From an uncultured delta proteobacterium (GTDB taxonomy: Bacteria > Myxococcota_A > Polyangia > Fen-1088): a DNA stretch of 64,000 bases. The position numbers and the translations under genes are program-made. Positions 8,891 through 17,855 of this stretch are shown piece after piece (position 1 is the stretch's first letter; every line of letters begins with the position of its first letter). The notes beneath the pieces were generated by a model. It had not been told where the DNA came from. It saw only the letters and a program-made list of their open reading frames with translations, and searched no databases. The stretch is taken from NCBI GenBank assembly GCA_963796685.1, contig CAWCMR010000025.1:256001-320000 (forward strand), in the 5' to 3' direction.

Positions 8891-10393
8891 CTAGGCCTTG
8901 CCGTCGCCGGGCAGGCGCATGCTCTCGCCGGCCATGGCCCGTCGCAGGTAGGTCGGCTTGTCGTATTCGCTCTCCTCGATACCGAGATGAGCGGTGGCCA
9001 AGGCGTTCTGCGCGCTCGGCGTCGCCCGGCGAGCGCTGCTGGTGACGCTGGCCGCGGCGATGGGCGAGGCCACGGGCGGCCGGATCACCGGACGCGAGTC
9101 CGGGGGCGGGGTGGCTGCTGTAGCCACCGTCGCGCGGCCATACACGGGCGCAGGGGTCAAGAGCGACGGCAGGGGTGGGTAGCGATGAATCTCGACCTCG
9201 TCGATCTCCACCTCGGTATCGGACACGTCGAGCGGCTCCGAAACGGGCGCCGAGACGCTGGCCGACATGGGATCCCTTTGCACAGTCACCTGGACCGGCG
9301 CTTCGACATGCGCCGTCGGCATCACCGACACCACCGACTGGGCCTGGTTGCTGTGCATGGGCAAGGTCATCTGGTGCTCGGCCGATTTCTTGATGGTCGG
9401 CCGGGAGCTTCCCGACGAGGTTGAGGTCTCCACGGCCACGCGGCTCTGGAAGCCGGTGGCGATGACCGTGATGCGAACCTCTTCGCTGAGGTTGGGATCG
9501 ATGACCGAGCCAAAGATGATGTTGGCGTCCGGATCCGCGGCGTCGTGAACCAGGCTGCACGCCTCGTTGACCTCGGACAGGGTCAGGTCGGGGCCGCCCG
9601 TGATGTTGACCAGGATGCCGGTCGCGCCGTTGATGGAGACGTCTTCGAGGAGCGGTGACGTGATGGCCATTTGGGCGGCGTCGATGGCGCGCTTGTCGCC
9701 CCTGCCGAAGCCCGAGCCCATAAGGGCGCGGCCCATGCCGGTCATGATCGAGCGTACGTCGGCGAAGTCGACGTTGATGAGACCAGGCACCATGACCAGG
9801 TCGCTGATGCCGCGCACGGCGGTGAGGCAAACACTGTCCACCATGTTGAAGGATTCGCGCAGGGTCAAGCTCTTGCCCGCCAACCCGACCAGGCGGTCGT
9901 TAGGAATCACGATGAGGGCGTCGACGGACTTGGCCAGCTCGGCGATGCCGCTGGTGGCCTTCTTCTTGCGCTGCAGGCCCTCGAACATGAAGGGCTTGGT
10001 GACCACGCCCACGGTCAGGGCGCCCATCTCGCGGGCCGCGCGCGCGATGACGGGCGCGGCGCCGGTGCCCGTGCCGCCGCCCATGCCGGCGGTGACGAAC
10101 ACCATGTCCGCGCCGGCCAGCACCTCGCCGATGCGTTGGGCATCTTCGAGGGCGGCGGCGCACCCGATGTCGGGGTTGGCGCCCGCGCCCAGGCCCTTGG
10201 TCAGGGTCTTGCCGATTTGAATCTTGGTGGGCGCCTGGTTGGTCTCCAGCACCTGGCAGTCGGTGTTGGCGGCCACGAAGTCCACGCCCTGGATGCCTGC
10301 CTCGATCATGGTGTTGACGGCGTTGCCGCCGCCGCCTCCCACGCCGACCACCTTGATCTTCGGCCCCAGTATCGGTTCGTCGAATTCGAGCAT
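8891..10393 (-). CDS. ftsZ: Cell division protein FtsZ (long C-terminal linker)
   Basis: [15 protein letters not shown], the GGGTGTG tubulin motif, NVDFAD, and C-terminal [11 protein letters not shown] at 10393 has an SD. Confidence 0.97.
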   Translation of the reverse strand: MLEFDEPILGPKIKVVGVGGGGGNAVNTMIEAGIQGVDFVAANTDCQVLETNQAPTKIQIGKTLTKGLGAGANPDIGCAAALEDAQRIGEVLAGADMVFVTAGMGGGTGTGAAPVIARAAREMGALTVGVVTKPFMFEGLQRKKKATSGIAELAKSVDALIVIPNDRLVGLAGKSLTLRESFNMVDSVCLTAVRGISDLVMVPGLINVDFADVRSIMTGMGRALMGSGFGRGDKRAIDAAQMAITSPLLEDVSINGATGILVNITGGPDLTLSEVNEACSLVHDAADPDANIIFGSVIDPNLSEEVRITVIATGFQSRVAVETSTSSGSSRPTIKKSAEHQMTLPMHSNQAQSVVSVMPTAHVEAPVQVTVQRDPMSASVSAPVSEPLDVSDTEVEIDEVEIHRYPPLPSLLTPAPVYGRATVATAATPPPDSRPVIRPPVASPIAAASVTSSARRATPSAQNALATAHLGIEESEYDKPTYLRRAMAGESMRLPGDGKA

Positions 10394-10478
10394 GTGAATT
10401 CTCCCTAGTCTCCTTGGATCGCACGCGACAGACGCCGCGCCAAATTTTTTACTGCTTTTTCTTCGGCGGCGTTCATCG

Positions 10479-11708
10479 TCAAAAGGCCGTCGACAGCGCA
10501 CGGCGCAGACGGCCGAACATGCCCCGGCGCTCCGTGGGGCTGGCGTTGCGCGCGATGGTTGCTTGTTGGTTGGAGGCGTACTGCACCAGCCCCACACCCG
10601 TGGCGAAGCTCGGCGATTTGACCACATCGGCCAAACCGCCCACGCCCTTGGGGATGCCGAGGCGCACGGGAATGCCGAGGATGTCCTCGGCCAATTCGGC
10701 CATGCCGGGCAGCTGCGTCGAGCCGCCGGTGATGACCGCGCCCGAGGCCAAGAGGTCGTCGCAGCCCAACCGCGCGATCTCGGCCTTGACGAAGGAAAAG
10801 ATCTCTTCGATGCGCGGCTGGATGATGTCGCGGCAGAGCACGTGGCGCGACAGCACGCGCGGCGCACGGCCTCCGACCGACGCAACCTGGATGGTTTCCT
10901 CCTCGGTCACCATGCTGGCCAGGGCACAGCCCCACTGGTGCTTGATCTTCTCCGCCTCGTGCGGCGGCGTGCGCAGTCCGAAGGCGATGTCGCTGGTGAT
11001 CTGGTAGCCACCGAGCGGAATCACGCTGGTGTGGGCGACCGAGCCTTCGGTGAAGATCGCGATGTCGGTGGTGCCTCCGCCGATGTCGACCAGGGCCACG
11101 CCCAGGCCCTTCTCGTCCTCTTCCAGCACGGCCTCGCCCGAGGCCAGGGGTTCGAGCACGATGTCCAGGACCTCGAGCTCGCACCGGCTGCAACACTTGA
11201 TGACGTTCTGCATGGCGGCGGCTGCGGCGGTCACGATGTGCACGCGCGCCTCCAGGCGAACCCCGCACATGCCGAGCGGCTCGCGCACGCCGTCCTGGCC
11301 GTCGATCTTGTATTCCTGGGGAAGCACGTGGACCACGTGGCGGTCGGCGGGCAAGGCGATGGCGCGCGCCAATTCCAGCACCTTGGCCACGTCGCTGGCG
11401 CGCACTTCTTTGTCCTTGACCGCGACGGTTCCCGTCGAGTTGATCCCCTTGATGTGGCCGCCGGCGATGCCCACGTAGACCTGGGAGATCTCGCAGCCCG
11501 ACATGCCCTCGGCCTCGAGCACGGCCTGGTTGATGGCGGCCACCGTCGAGTCGATGTTGACGATGACGCCTTTCTTGAGCCCGCGCGAGGCATGGGTTCC
11601 GATACCGATGATATCGAGCCCGCCGTCGCCCATCTCGGCCACCACCGCGGCTATCTTGGTGGTGCCGATATCGAGTCCAACGATGATATCGGAGCTTCGT
11701 CTCGCCAT
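10479..11708 (-). CDS. ftsA: Cell division protein FtsA
   Basis: [19 protein letters not shown]-terminal amphipathic helix; directly upstream of ftsZ. Confidence 0.97.
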   Translation of the reverse strand: MARRSSDIIVGLDIGTTKIAAVVAEMGDGGLDIIGIGTHASRGLKKGVIVNIDSTVAAINQAVLEAEGMSGCEISQVYVGIAGGHIKGINSTGTVAVKDKEVRASDVAKVLELARAIALPADRHVVHVLPQEYKIDGQDGVREPLGMCGVRLEARVHIVTAAAAAMQNVIKCCSRCELEVLDIVLEPLASGEAVLEEDEKGLGVALVDIGGGTTDIAIFTEGSVAHTSVIPLGGYQITSDIAFGLRTPPHEAEKIKHQWGCALASMVTEEETIQVASVGGRAPRVLSRHVLCRDIIQPRIEEIFSFVKAEIARLGCDDLLASGAVITGGSTQLPGMAELAEDILGIPVRLGIPKGVGGLADVVKSPSFATGVGLVQYASNQQATIARNASPTERRGMFGRLRRALSTAF

Positions 11709-11738
11709 GTTCTTGCTCGTTTGTGGTTCGTTACGCGG

Positions 11739-12701
11739 TTAGTTTTTCGCGACCTTCGCGGGTGCTACCCTGGACGGCGTGGAGGGCTCCGCGCCGCCTG
11801 TACGAAGAAGCACGGGGATCCTTCCACTCTCGGGAAGATCGAGGTGCACGATCCTGAGAGCGGAAAGCCCCCCCATCTCCTTCGCCTTGAGAGCTTCGAG
11901 GATCTCATCGAGTTGCGCCAATTTTTTGCTGTAATTTCCCTGGCCGAGCCGGATCTCGGCGCCGCCCTCGAGAAACAGCAGCGAAAAACCGAACCCCGGA
12001 TCGATGCTGACCTCGCCGATGGGCGGGCGCCCCGGGCGCTCGCGGTACTGGCGCAAGACCGACAGGGCCTCGCGAAAGGCGGCCTCGCTGACATCGCGCA
12101 TCTGCGCGTAGCGCGCCCGATCGATCCCGGTGAGCACGGGCAACCCATCGGCCTCTTCCATGGTCGCGCGTTTGAACGGTTGGCCGTTTTCGTCGACGAG
12201 GTACAGGCCGGAAAGCGCGGCCACTGCCACCGCGTGCCGCTCGGTAATTTCGATGATCAGCGACGACGGCAGGCGGCGACTGGCGCGCACGCGGGCCACC
12301 CAAGGGTGCGTGGCGATGCGCGCCGCCACGGCATCGGTGTCGACACCGAGCAGCTTGTCGCCCGGCGACACCTCGGCCAGGGCCAGAATTTCTGCTCTTG
12401 CAAGATGCGGCGTGGGCGAGAGCTCGATTTGTCGGAGCTGAAAACGGGGCGAATCCACGACGTGGCGGATCGCCCAGCGTCCACCGTACAAACACCCTGC
12501 CAGGGCGGACAGCAGCAATACCAACTTCCCCAGCATGCGACCGATACGAAGGCTTGCGCGCCCCACCCGTGAGCCGACGCCCGCCAGCGCGCACGTCAGG
12601 CTTCTGCGCTGGATGGCGACGCGACGGTTTCTCCGCTTGCGGCGAAGGAGTCCCGCGCGCGGCGACTCGACGTCCAGGGCGGCCTGGCTTCCGTTCAGCA
12701 A
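11739..12701 (-). CDS. ftsQ: Cell division protein FtsQ/DivIB (POTRA)
   Basis: One TM segment, a POTRA-like PWVARVRASRRLPSSLIIEITER segment and LPVLTG; lies upstream of ftsA; TTG start with GGGAGG SD. Confidence 0.88.
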   Translation of the reverse strand: MLNGSQAALDVESPRAGLLRRKRRNRRVAIQRRSLTCALAGVGSRVGRASLRIGRMLGKLVLLLSALAGCLYGGRWAIRHVVDSPRFQLRQIELSPTPHLARAEILALAEVSPGDKLLGVDTDAVAARIATHPWVARVRASRRLPSSLIIEITERHAVAVAALSGLYLVDENGQPFKRATMEEADGLPVLTGIDRARYAQMRDVSEAAFREALSVLRQYRERPGRPPIGEVSIDPGFGFSLLFLEGGAEIRLGQGNYSKKLAQLDEILEALKAKEMGGLSALRIVHLDLPESGRIPVLLRTGGAEPSTPSRVAPAKVAKN

Positions 12702-12836
12702 GGCCGCCGTCCTCCCTGTTCGGCACGGGTCGACCGGGCCGAAAGGCCGGCCATCAAGAGACTCGTGTCGCCATCTTCACGCACAGGCTGAAGATCGCCC
12801 GACTTGCCGATCCCTCCAAATTTTTCACTTGAGGGA

Positions 12837-14192
12837 CTACGCCAACCGCGCCAGCACGTCGGACGCGACCTGGGTGATGTCGCCGGCGCCGAGCACGAGC
12901 AGAAGATCGCCGGCCTTGAGCTGTGCCCTCAGGCAGGCGGCCAGCTCCTTGCGAGGGGAATAGCTCGCCTTCGCCGCCTGCGAAAATGTCCGCAAGAGCG
13001 CCTGGGCATCCACGCCCGTGATGGGTGCCTCGCCGGCGGGGTAGATGTCGGTCAGGACGACCTCGTCGGCGTCGGCCAGGGCGGGCGCGAACTTGGCCAT
13101 CAAGTCCTGGGTGCGCGAAAAGCGGTGCGGTTGGAATGCCACCACCAACCGCCGCCCATAGAGCTTGGCCGCGGCGATGGTCGCGGCCATCTCCGTCGGG
13201 TGGTGGCCGTAGTCGTCGACCACCAGGATGCCGGCGGCCTCGCCGCGCACGGAGAAGCGGCGATCCACGCCGCCGAATCCGGCCAGCGCTTCGCAGGTGG
13301 CTTGGAAGGGAACGTCGAATACGTCGGCCACGCACAACGATGCCAGCGCGTTCTGGGCGTAGTGCACGCCCGGCATGCGCACCACGAGCTCGCCGCGCGG
13401 CTTGCCCCGAACGGCGATGCGCAGGCGCGTGCCCTGAGCGTCCGCGGACAAGATCTCGCCGCGGTAATCGCCAGCGCCGAGGCCATAGGTGATGTGCCGT
13501 TTGACCAACTCGGGCACGAGACCCACCGCCGTCGGATTGTCCGCGCACACCACGACCACGCCATAGAAGGGAACCTGGTTGGCGAAGTCGAGGAAGGCCG
13601 CGCGCAGGGCCGACTCGGTTCCATAGTGATCCATGTGCTCGCGATCGATGTTGGTGATGACCGCGACCATGGGCAAAAGGTGGCGAAACGAGCCGTCGGA
13701 CTCGTCGGCCTCGGCCACCAGCACCTCACCCTGGCCGAGCCGCGCGTTCGACCCGAAGACCTTGGCCTTGCCGCCGATGACCACGGTCGGATCCAAGCCG
13801 GCCTGGGCCAGGATGGTGGCGATCATGGTCGTGGTGCTGGTCTTGCCGTGCGATCCCGCCACCGCCACGCCATCCTTCACGCGCATCAGCTCGCCCAGCA
13901 TCTCGGCGCGCGGGATCACGGGGATGCCCCTCTCGTGCGCGGCCGCCACTTCGGGATTGTCGGGCTTGACCGCGCTCGAGATGACGACCACGTCGGCGCT
14001 GCGCACCTGCTCGGCGCGATGACCGATGGAGATGCGGCCGCCCAGACCCTGCAGGCGCCGGGTGGCCTCGCTCTCGCGCTGGTCGGACCCGGAAACCTGG
14101 TAGCCCAGGTTCAAAAGAACTTCGGCGATACCGGACATGCCGATACCGCCGATGCCTACGAAGTGGATACTGACGTCGCGTTTTTTGAACAT
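12837..14192 (-). CDS. murC: UDP-N-acetylmuramate--L-alanine ligase
   Basis: HFVGIGGIGMSG, GSHGKTSTT, EADESDGSF, DDYGHHPTE, FQPHRFSRT. Confidence 0.97.
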   Translation of the reverse strand: MFKKRDVSIHFVGIGGIGMSGIAEVLLNLGYQVSGSDQRESEATRRLQGLGGRISIGHRAEQVRSADVVVISSAVKPDNPEVAAAHERGIPVIPRAEMLGELMRVKDGVAVAGSHGKTSTTTMIATILAQAGLDPTVVIGGKAKVFGSNARLGQGEVLVAEADESDGSFRHLLPMVAVITNIDREHMDHYGTESALRAAFLDFANQVPFYGVVVVCADNPTAVGLVPELVKRHITYGLGAGDYRGEILSADAQGTRLRIAVRGKPRGELVVRMPGVHYAQNALASLCVADVFDVPFQATCEALAGFGGVDRRFSVRGEAAGILVVDDYGHHPTEMAATIAAAKLYGRRLVVAFQPHRFSRTQDLMAKFAPALADADEVVLTDIYPAGEAPITGVDAQALLRTFSQAAKASYSPRKELAACLRAQLKAGDLLLVLGAGDITQVASDVLARLA

Positions 14193-14229
14193 GATGGTCG
14201 GTCGCGGAATAGACCGACTGCGCTTGCTA

Positions 14230-15042
14230 CTACTTGCTGACCAGACCGTCCAGGCTGGGAAGCTCGGACAGGTTCGGCTCCACGACGATCTCGATGCGGC
14301 GGTTCTGCTTCTGGCCATCCGCCGTCGCGTTGTCGGCCGCGGGATCGTACTCGGCGTAACCAGCCGCGCCGACCTGGCTCGGCTTCATGCCGTTGTCGAT
14401 GAGCAAGCGCACCACCTCGACCGCGCGCTCCGTCGAGAGCTCCCAGTTGCTGCGGAACTTCTTCGAGTGGATGGGCAGGTTGTCGGTGTGGCCGGCCACC
14501 AGGAAGTGGCGATCCGCCGGCATGGTGGCGAGCACCTTGGCGACCTTGGCGATGGCATCCTTGCCCTCGGCCTTGAGCTCGGTCTTGCCCGAGTCGAAGA
14601 GAATGTCGTTGGGCAACACCAGCAACATGCGGCCGTTGCGAACCGTGACCTTGATCTGGCCCGCGTCGACCATGGAGCGCAACTTCTCCACCAGCGAGCG
14701 GAACATGGCCGCGCGCGACTCGGCGATCTTCTTCTGTTTCTCGAGCTCGTCCAATCGCTTCTGCAGATTGTCCATGCCTGCCGCCAGGGCGCCTGCCTCG
14801 TTGGCCTTGTTCTTGCCATAGGCCTTGACCTGATCCATCTGCTTCTTGAGCTCGGCGATCTGCTTGTCGAGGTCGTCCACCTTGGCCTGAAGCTTGGCGT
14901 TGTCCTGGCTCAAGGAATCCTTCTCTTTGAGAGCCTTGGCGAGCTCTGCCTCTTTCGCCTCGAACGTCCCCGAGCTGACACAGCCGGCGCCCAGAATCGT
15001 GCCCAGTAGCAGCACACCTGTAAGCTTGATGGTGTTTCTCAC
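14230..15042 (-). CDS. OmpA/MotB-family peptidoglycan-binding lipoprotein with coiled coil
   Basis: Lipobox GAGC; ILFDSG, VAGHTDN, NWELSTERA and NRRIEI motifs; GTG start with GGAGGA SD. Confidence 0.9.
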   Translation of the reverse strand: MRNTIKLTGVLLLGTILGAGCVSSGTFEAKEAELAKALKEKDSLSQDNAKLQAKVDDLDKQIAELKKQMDQVKAYGKNKANEAGALAAGMDNLQKRLDELEKQKKIAESRAAMFRSLVEKLRSMVDAGQIKVTVRNGRMLLVLPNDILFDSGKTELKAEGKDAIAKVAKVLATMPADRHFLVAGHTDNLPIHSKKFRSNWELSTERAVEVVRLLIDNGMKPSQVGAAGYAEYDPAADNATADGQKQNRRIEIVVEPNLSELPSLDGLVSK

Positions 15043-15244
15043 GTCGCATGTCCTCCGTCGCGAATGATGGCAATTCATGACCCCAGTCCGGGGACAGGGG
15101 CATACTAACGCCGATAGGGGAGCCCTGAAAGAGTTTCCATGCGCTGGGTTTCCATGCGCGCTCGGTCTTGCGCGATGGGGCGCCAGGCGTTTGCTACCGC
15201 GAAGTTCTCGTGCCGATGCCCGCGACTTCGCATATCCTGCTCCC

Positions 15245-15994
15245 GTGAAAGCCACGACGATATCGGCCGCCTGCGTTCTTTCCCTGTGGCTTGTTGGCTG
15301 CAAGAACAATTCCACGACAGCGAAGGACGCCGACGCCAGCGATGTACCAGCCACGCGCGATGCGGCCCAACCCGATGCCGCCGTGGATGTCGTTACCGCA
15401 AGCACCGACTTGGCGCCCAGCGAGGGGGACGCGCCTGCACGGTCAGATGTGAACGGTTCAGACCGCTCGAGCGACGCGCTTGCGGAGGTGGCAAGGGTGG
15501 ATGCTCCGGGCAAGGACGCGGCGGCGGGCACCGACCTCGGCAAGGACGTGGCAGGCGATCTTCTCGCACAGGATCTCGATCTGGCTGCCGAGGCAGTCGG
15601 CGCCGACGCAGGGAAGGCCGATAGACCGGGCGGTGATGCTGGAGGCGATGCCGGATGCAGCGGGTGGACCTCCCTCGCGCGCCTCTCGCCGGCCGAATTG
15701 TCCGAGCTGCTCGCCACCACGGATCCCATCGTCATCAACGTGCACATTCCCTACGCCGGGGACATTCCCGGCACCGACACGTCCATCCCCTACGACAACG
15801 TGGACGCCATCGAGGCCTACCTCAACCACGACCACTGCGCCGACGTGGTGCTGATTTGCCTGAGCGGCGGCATGAGCCAGTCCGCGGGCAACGAGCTAAT
15901 CAAGCGCGGCTACCTGCGGGTGCGCGATCTGAACGGCGGCATGCAAGCCTGGCAGGCCGCCGGATACCCACTGCTCAAAGACGGGGGTGTTTAG
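15245..15994 (+). CDS. Rhodanese-like domain lipoprotein
   Basis: Lipobox LVGC, an Asp/Ala-rich linker, active-site loop LICLSGGMS, and DLNGGMQAWQAAGYP. Confidence 0.82.
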   Translation: MKATTISAACVLSLWLVGCKNNSTTAKDADASDVPATRDAAQPDAAVDVVTASTDLAPSEGDAPARSDVNGSDRSSDALAEVARVDAPGKDAAAGTDLGKDVAGDLLAQDLDLAAEAVGADAGKADRPGGDAGGDAGCSGWTSLARLSPAELSELLATTDPIVINVHIPYAGDIPGTDTSIPYDNVDAIEAYLNHDHCADVVLICLSGGMSQSAGNELIKRGYLRVRDLNGGMQAWQAAGYPLLKDGGV

Positions 15995-16515
15995 CTCATC
16001 CCGGCGCGAACGCCGTTCTTCGTCTTTGCCGTGCGCGCCCGCTTGGGTTTCTCGCCACCAGCCTCCTTGCCGCCCAGGCTGGCCAGGTAGAGCGTGTGCT
16101 TGAGCGACGAGCCCATGAGGTCGGTAAGGTTGCGCGAGGCCATGAACACGCGAACCTGGTGGTTCACGTGCGTGAGCAGCGCCCCCAGCGCGCAGCCACC
16201 GAACAAACACTTCTTGCGACCAAGCAGACACTTGCAGTCCGACATAGGTCCGTCCATGGCTTCGAGGATTTCGAGCAGCGAGATCTTTTCCGCCGCTCGC
16301 CCCAGGACGAACCCGCCACCGGGCCCGCGCCGAGAGGTAAGCAGGCCGACCTTCACGAGTCGCTGCATGACCTTCGAAAGATGTGCTACCGAAACGCCTT
16401 GTTCACCGGCAATCTCGCCCACCGAGTGGTTCACGCTGCCCTTGGAGCGAGCGATGTGAGCCATCGCGTGGATGGCCAGATTGGCCGCATCAGAGATCCT
16501 TAGTATAGTATCCAT
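15991..16515 (-). CDS. Rrf2-family transcriptional regulator (Cys-containing, probable Fe-S)
   Basis: HLSKVMQRLVKVGLLTSRRGPGGGFVL, ISLLEILEAMDG, and a C-x6-C-x4-C cluster. Confidence 0.92.
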   Translation of the reverse strand: MDTILRISDAANLAIHAMAHIARSKGSVNHSVGEIAGEQGVSVAHLSKVMQRLVKVGLLTSRRGPGGGFVLGRAAEKISLLEILEAMDGPMSDCKCLLGRKKCLFGGCALGALLTHVNHQVRVFMASRNLTDLMGSSLKHTLYLASLGGKEAGGEKPKRARTAKTKNGVRAGMS

Positions 16516-16608
16516 GCCCATGAGCGTAGCGCGCAATTGGCGCCATGCCCGCCCATTTGCACCTGCTTTTCACAATTCAGCATTGCGGACGCGGAGTATC
16601 AGAGCATT

Positions 16609-17784
16609 TCAGTCCGATTTTGCTGCTCCGACCTCGGTTCGGACCACGCACATCTCGATTTCGCACAGCCATTCGGGCCGGCAGATGTCGGCCACCACGA
16701 CCGCGGTGGGCAAGTCGGCGGCCAGGCCATGGGTGGCCGCCGCCACGAGGAAATCCTGGTAGTCGCTGGCCCGCTTGAGGTAGGCCGTGGCGCTGACCAC
16801 GTCGCCAAGATCCATCCCCGCCCGGCCGAGCAACGCCTGCACGTTCTCGAACATGCAGTCGAGCTGCCCCTTGATGTCACCCACCGCGACGATCGCGCCG
16901 GACGCATCGATACTGGCCGTGCCGGAAACACAAAGCGTCTTGCGACCGGGCTCGACGATGCGCGAGCCGCGCGCGAAGGCCGAGCCATAGGCCGACGCCT
17001 CGCCCATGTGGCCGGGCGCGATGGCATCGATCGCAACCTCCCCTTTGGCGGCCACCGCATACAAATCCATGGCCACCGGTGTGGACGCACCGCACAGCGC
17101 GCCCTCGACGCAGGTGCTGGCGGGCAGGCGCGCCATGCGCTGTTCGGCGAAGAAGCGGTTGCGGGCCTGGTTGATGAAGCCGTAGTTGTGCTCGATGTCG
17201 CGCACGTAGATCCACGTCCGCACCACATCCCTGAAACCCAGCCCACGGTCGGTCAGAGCGTGCCCGGCCTGGGCCAGCATGTCGTAGGCCGTGTCGACCA
17301 AGTCCGCCGAGCCACGCAAATCCGTGCGCGGCGTGATGGACATGAGCCGCAGGTGGCGAGCGCCGGCGCGCAGAACGGTGGCCGCCGCGGGTCTGGCGGA
17401 CTTGCCATACCAGACGCCACTTTGACGCGCGGAACGGATGGCATGGAGCTTCAAGGTGCAAAGGCAGAACGGCGCGGCGGGTGGTTGCAGCACGGCACTG
17501 ATGGGCAAGGGGCCGGTGGCGCCCCAGGCCGTGGTCAGCGCTTCGCGCCAGTCCCACTGCGGGGCCTTTGCGAAATGGATCCAGCCGCACACGATATTGC
17601 CGGGGCCGAGCCCGTGGGCCAGAAGCGCCCGCACGGCTTGCTCGGCCAGCGACGCGAGCTGCCCGCGCTCGTCTTCGCGGGTGGAGCTCGGCGAGATCTG
17701 TAGGAAGACCTCGACCGTGCCCGCTCCGTCGATCCGTCTCGCGCGCACGGTGGGGCTTGCAGGGGCTTCGGATCCGGACGACAT
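16609..17784 (-). CDS. Multi-domain YjgF/Rid-family hydrolase, chorismatase (FkbO/Hyg5)-like
   Basis: RTWIYVRDI, LPASTCVEG, AYGSAFARG, VSGTASID and ADICRPEWLCEIE motifs. Start uncertain (17784 or 17826). Confidence 0.78.
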   Translation of the reverse strand: MSSGSEAPASPTVRARRIDGAGTVEVFLQISPSSTREDERGQLASLAEQAVRALLAHGLGPGNIVCGWIHFAKAPQWDWREALTTAWGATGPLPISAVLQPPAAPFCLCTLKLHAIRSARQSGVWYGKSARPAAATVLRAGARHLRLMSITPRTDLRGSADLVDTAYDMLAQAGHALTDRGLGFRDVVRTWIYVRDIEHNYGFINQARNRFFAEQRMARLPASTCVEGALCGASTPVAMDLYAVAAKGEVAIDAIAPGHMGEASAYGSAFARGSRIVEPGRKTLCVSGTASIDASGAIVAVGDIKGQLDCMFENVQALLGRAGMDLGDVVSATAYLKRASDYQDFLVAAATHGLAADLPTAVVVADICRPEWLCEIEMCVVRTEVGAAKSD

Positions 17785-17855
17785 CGCCCGCAGATTAAGC
17801 CAAGGCCGCGAGGAGGTAGTGCACATTCGTCCGCGCGAGGTAGATTCCCTCCGTC

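Noticed and set aside
14230-15042. Flagellar motB
   Set aside because: It has a lipoprotein signal rather than the Asp-containing TM helix, and no motA is adjacent.
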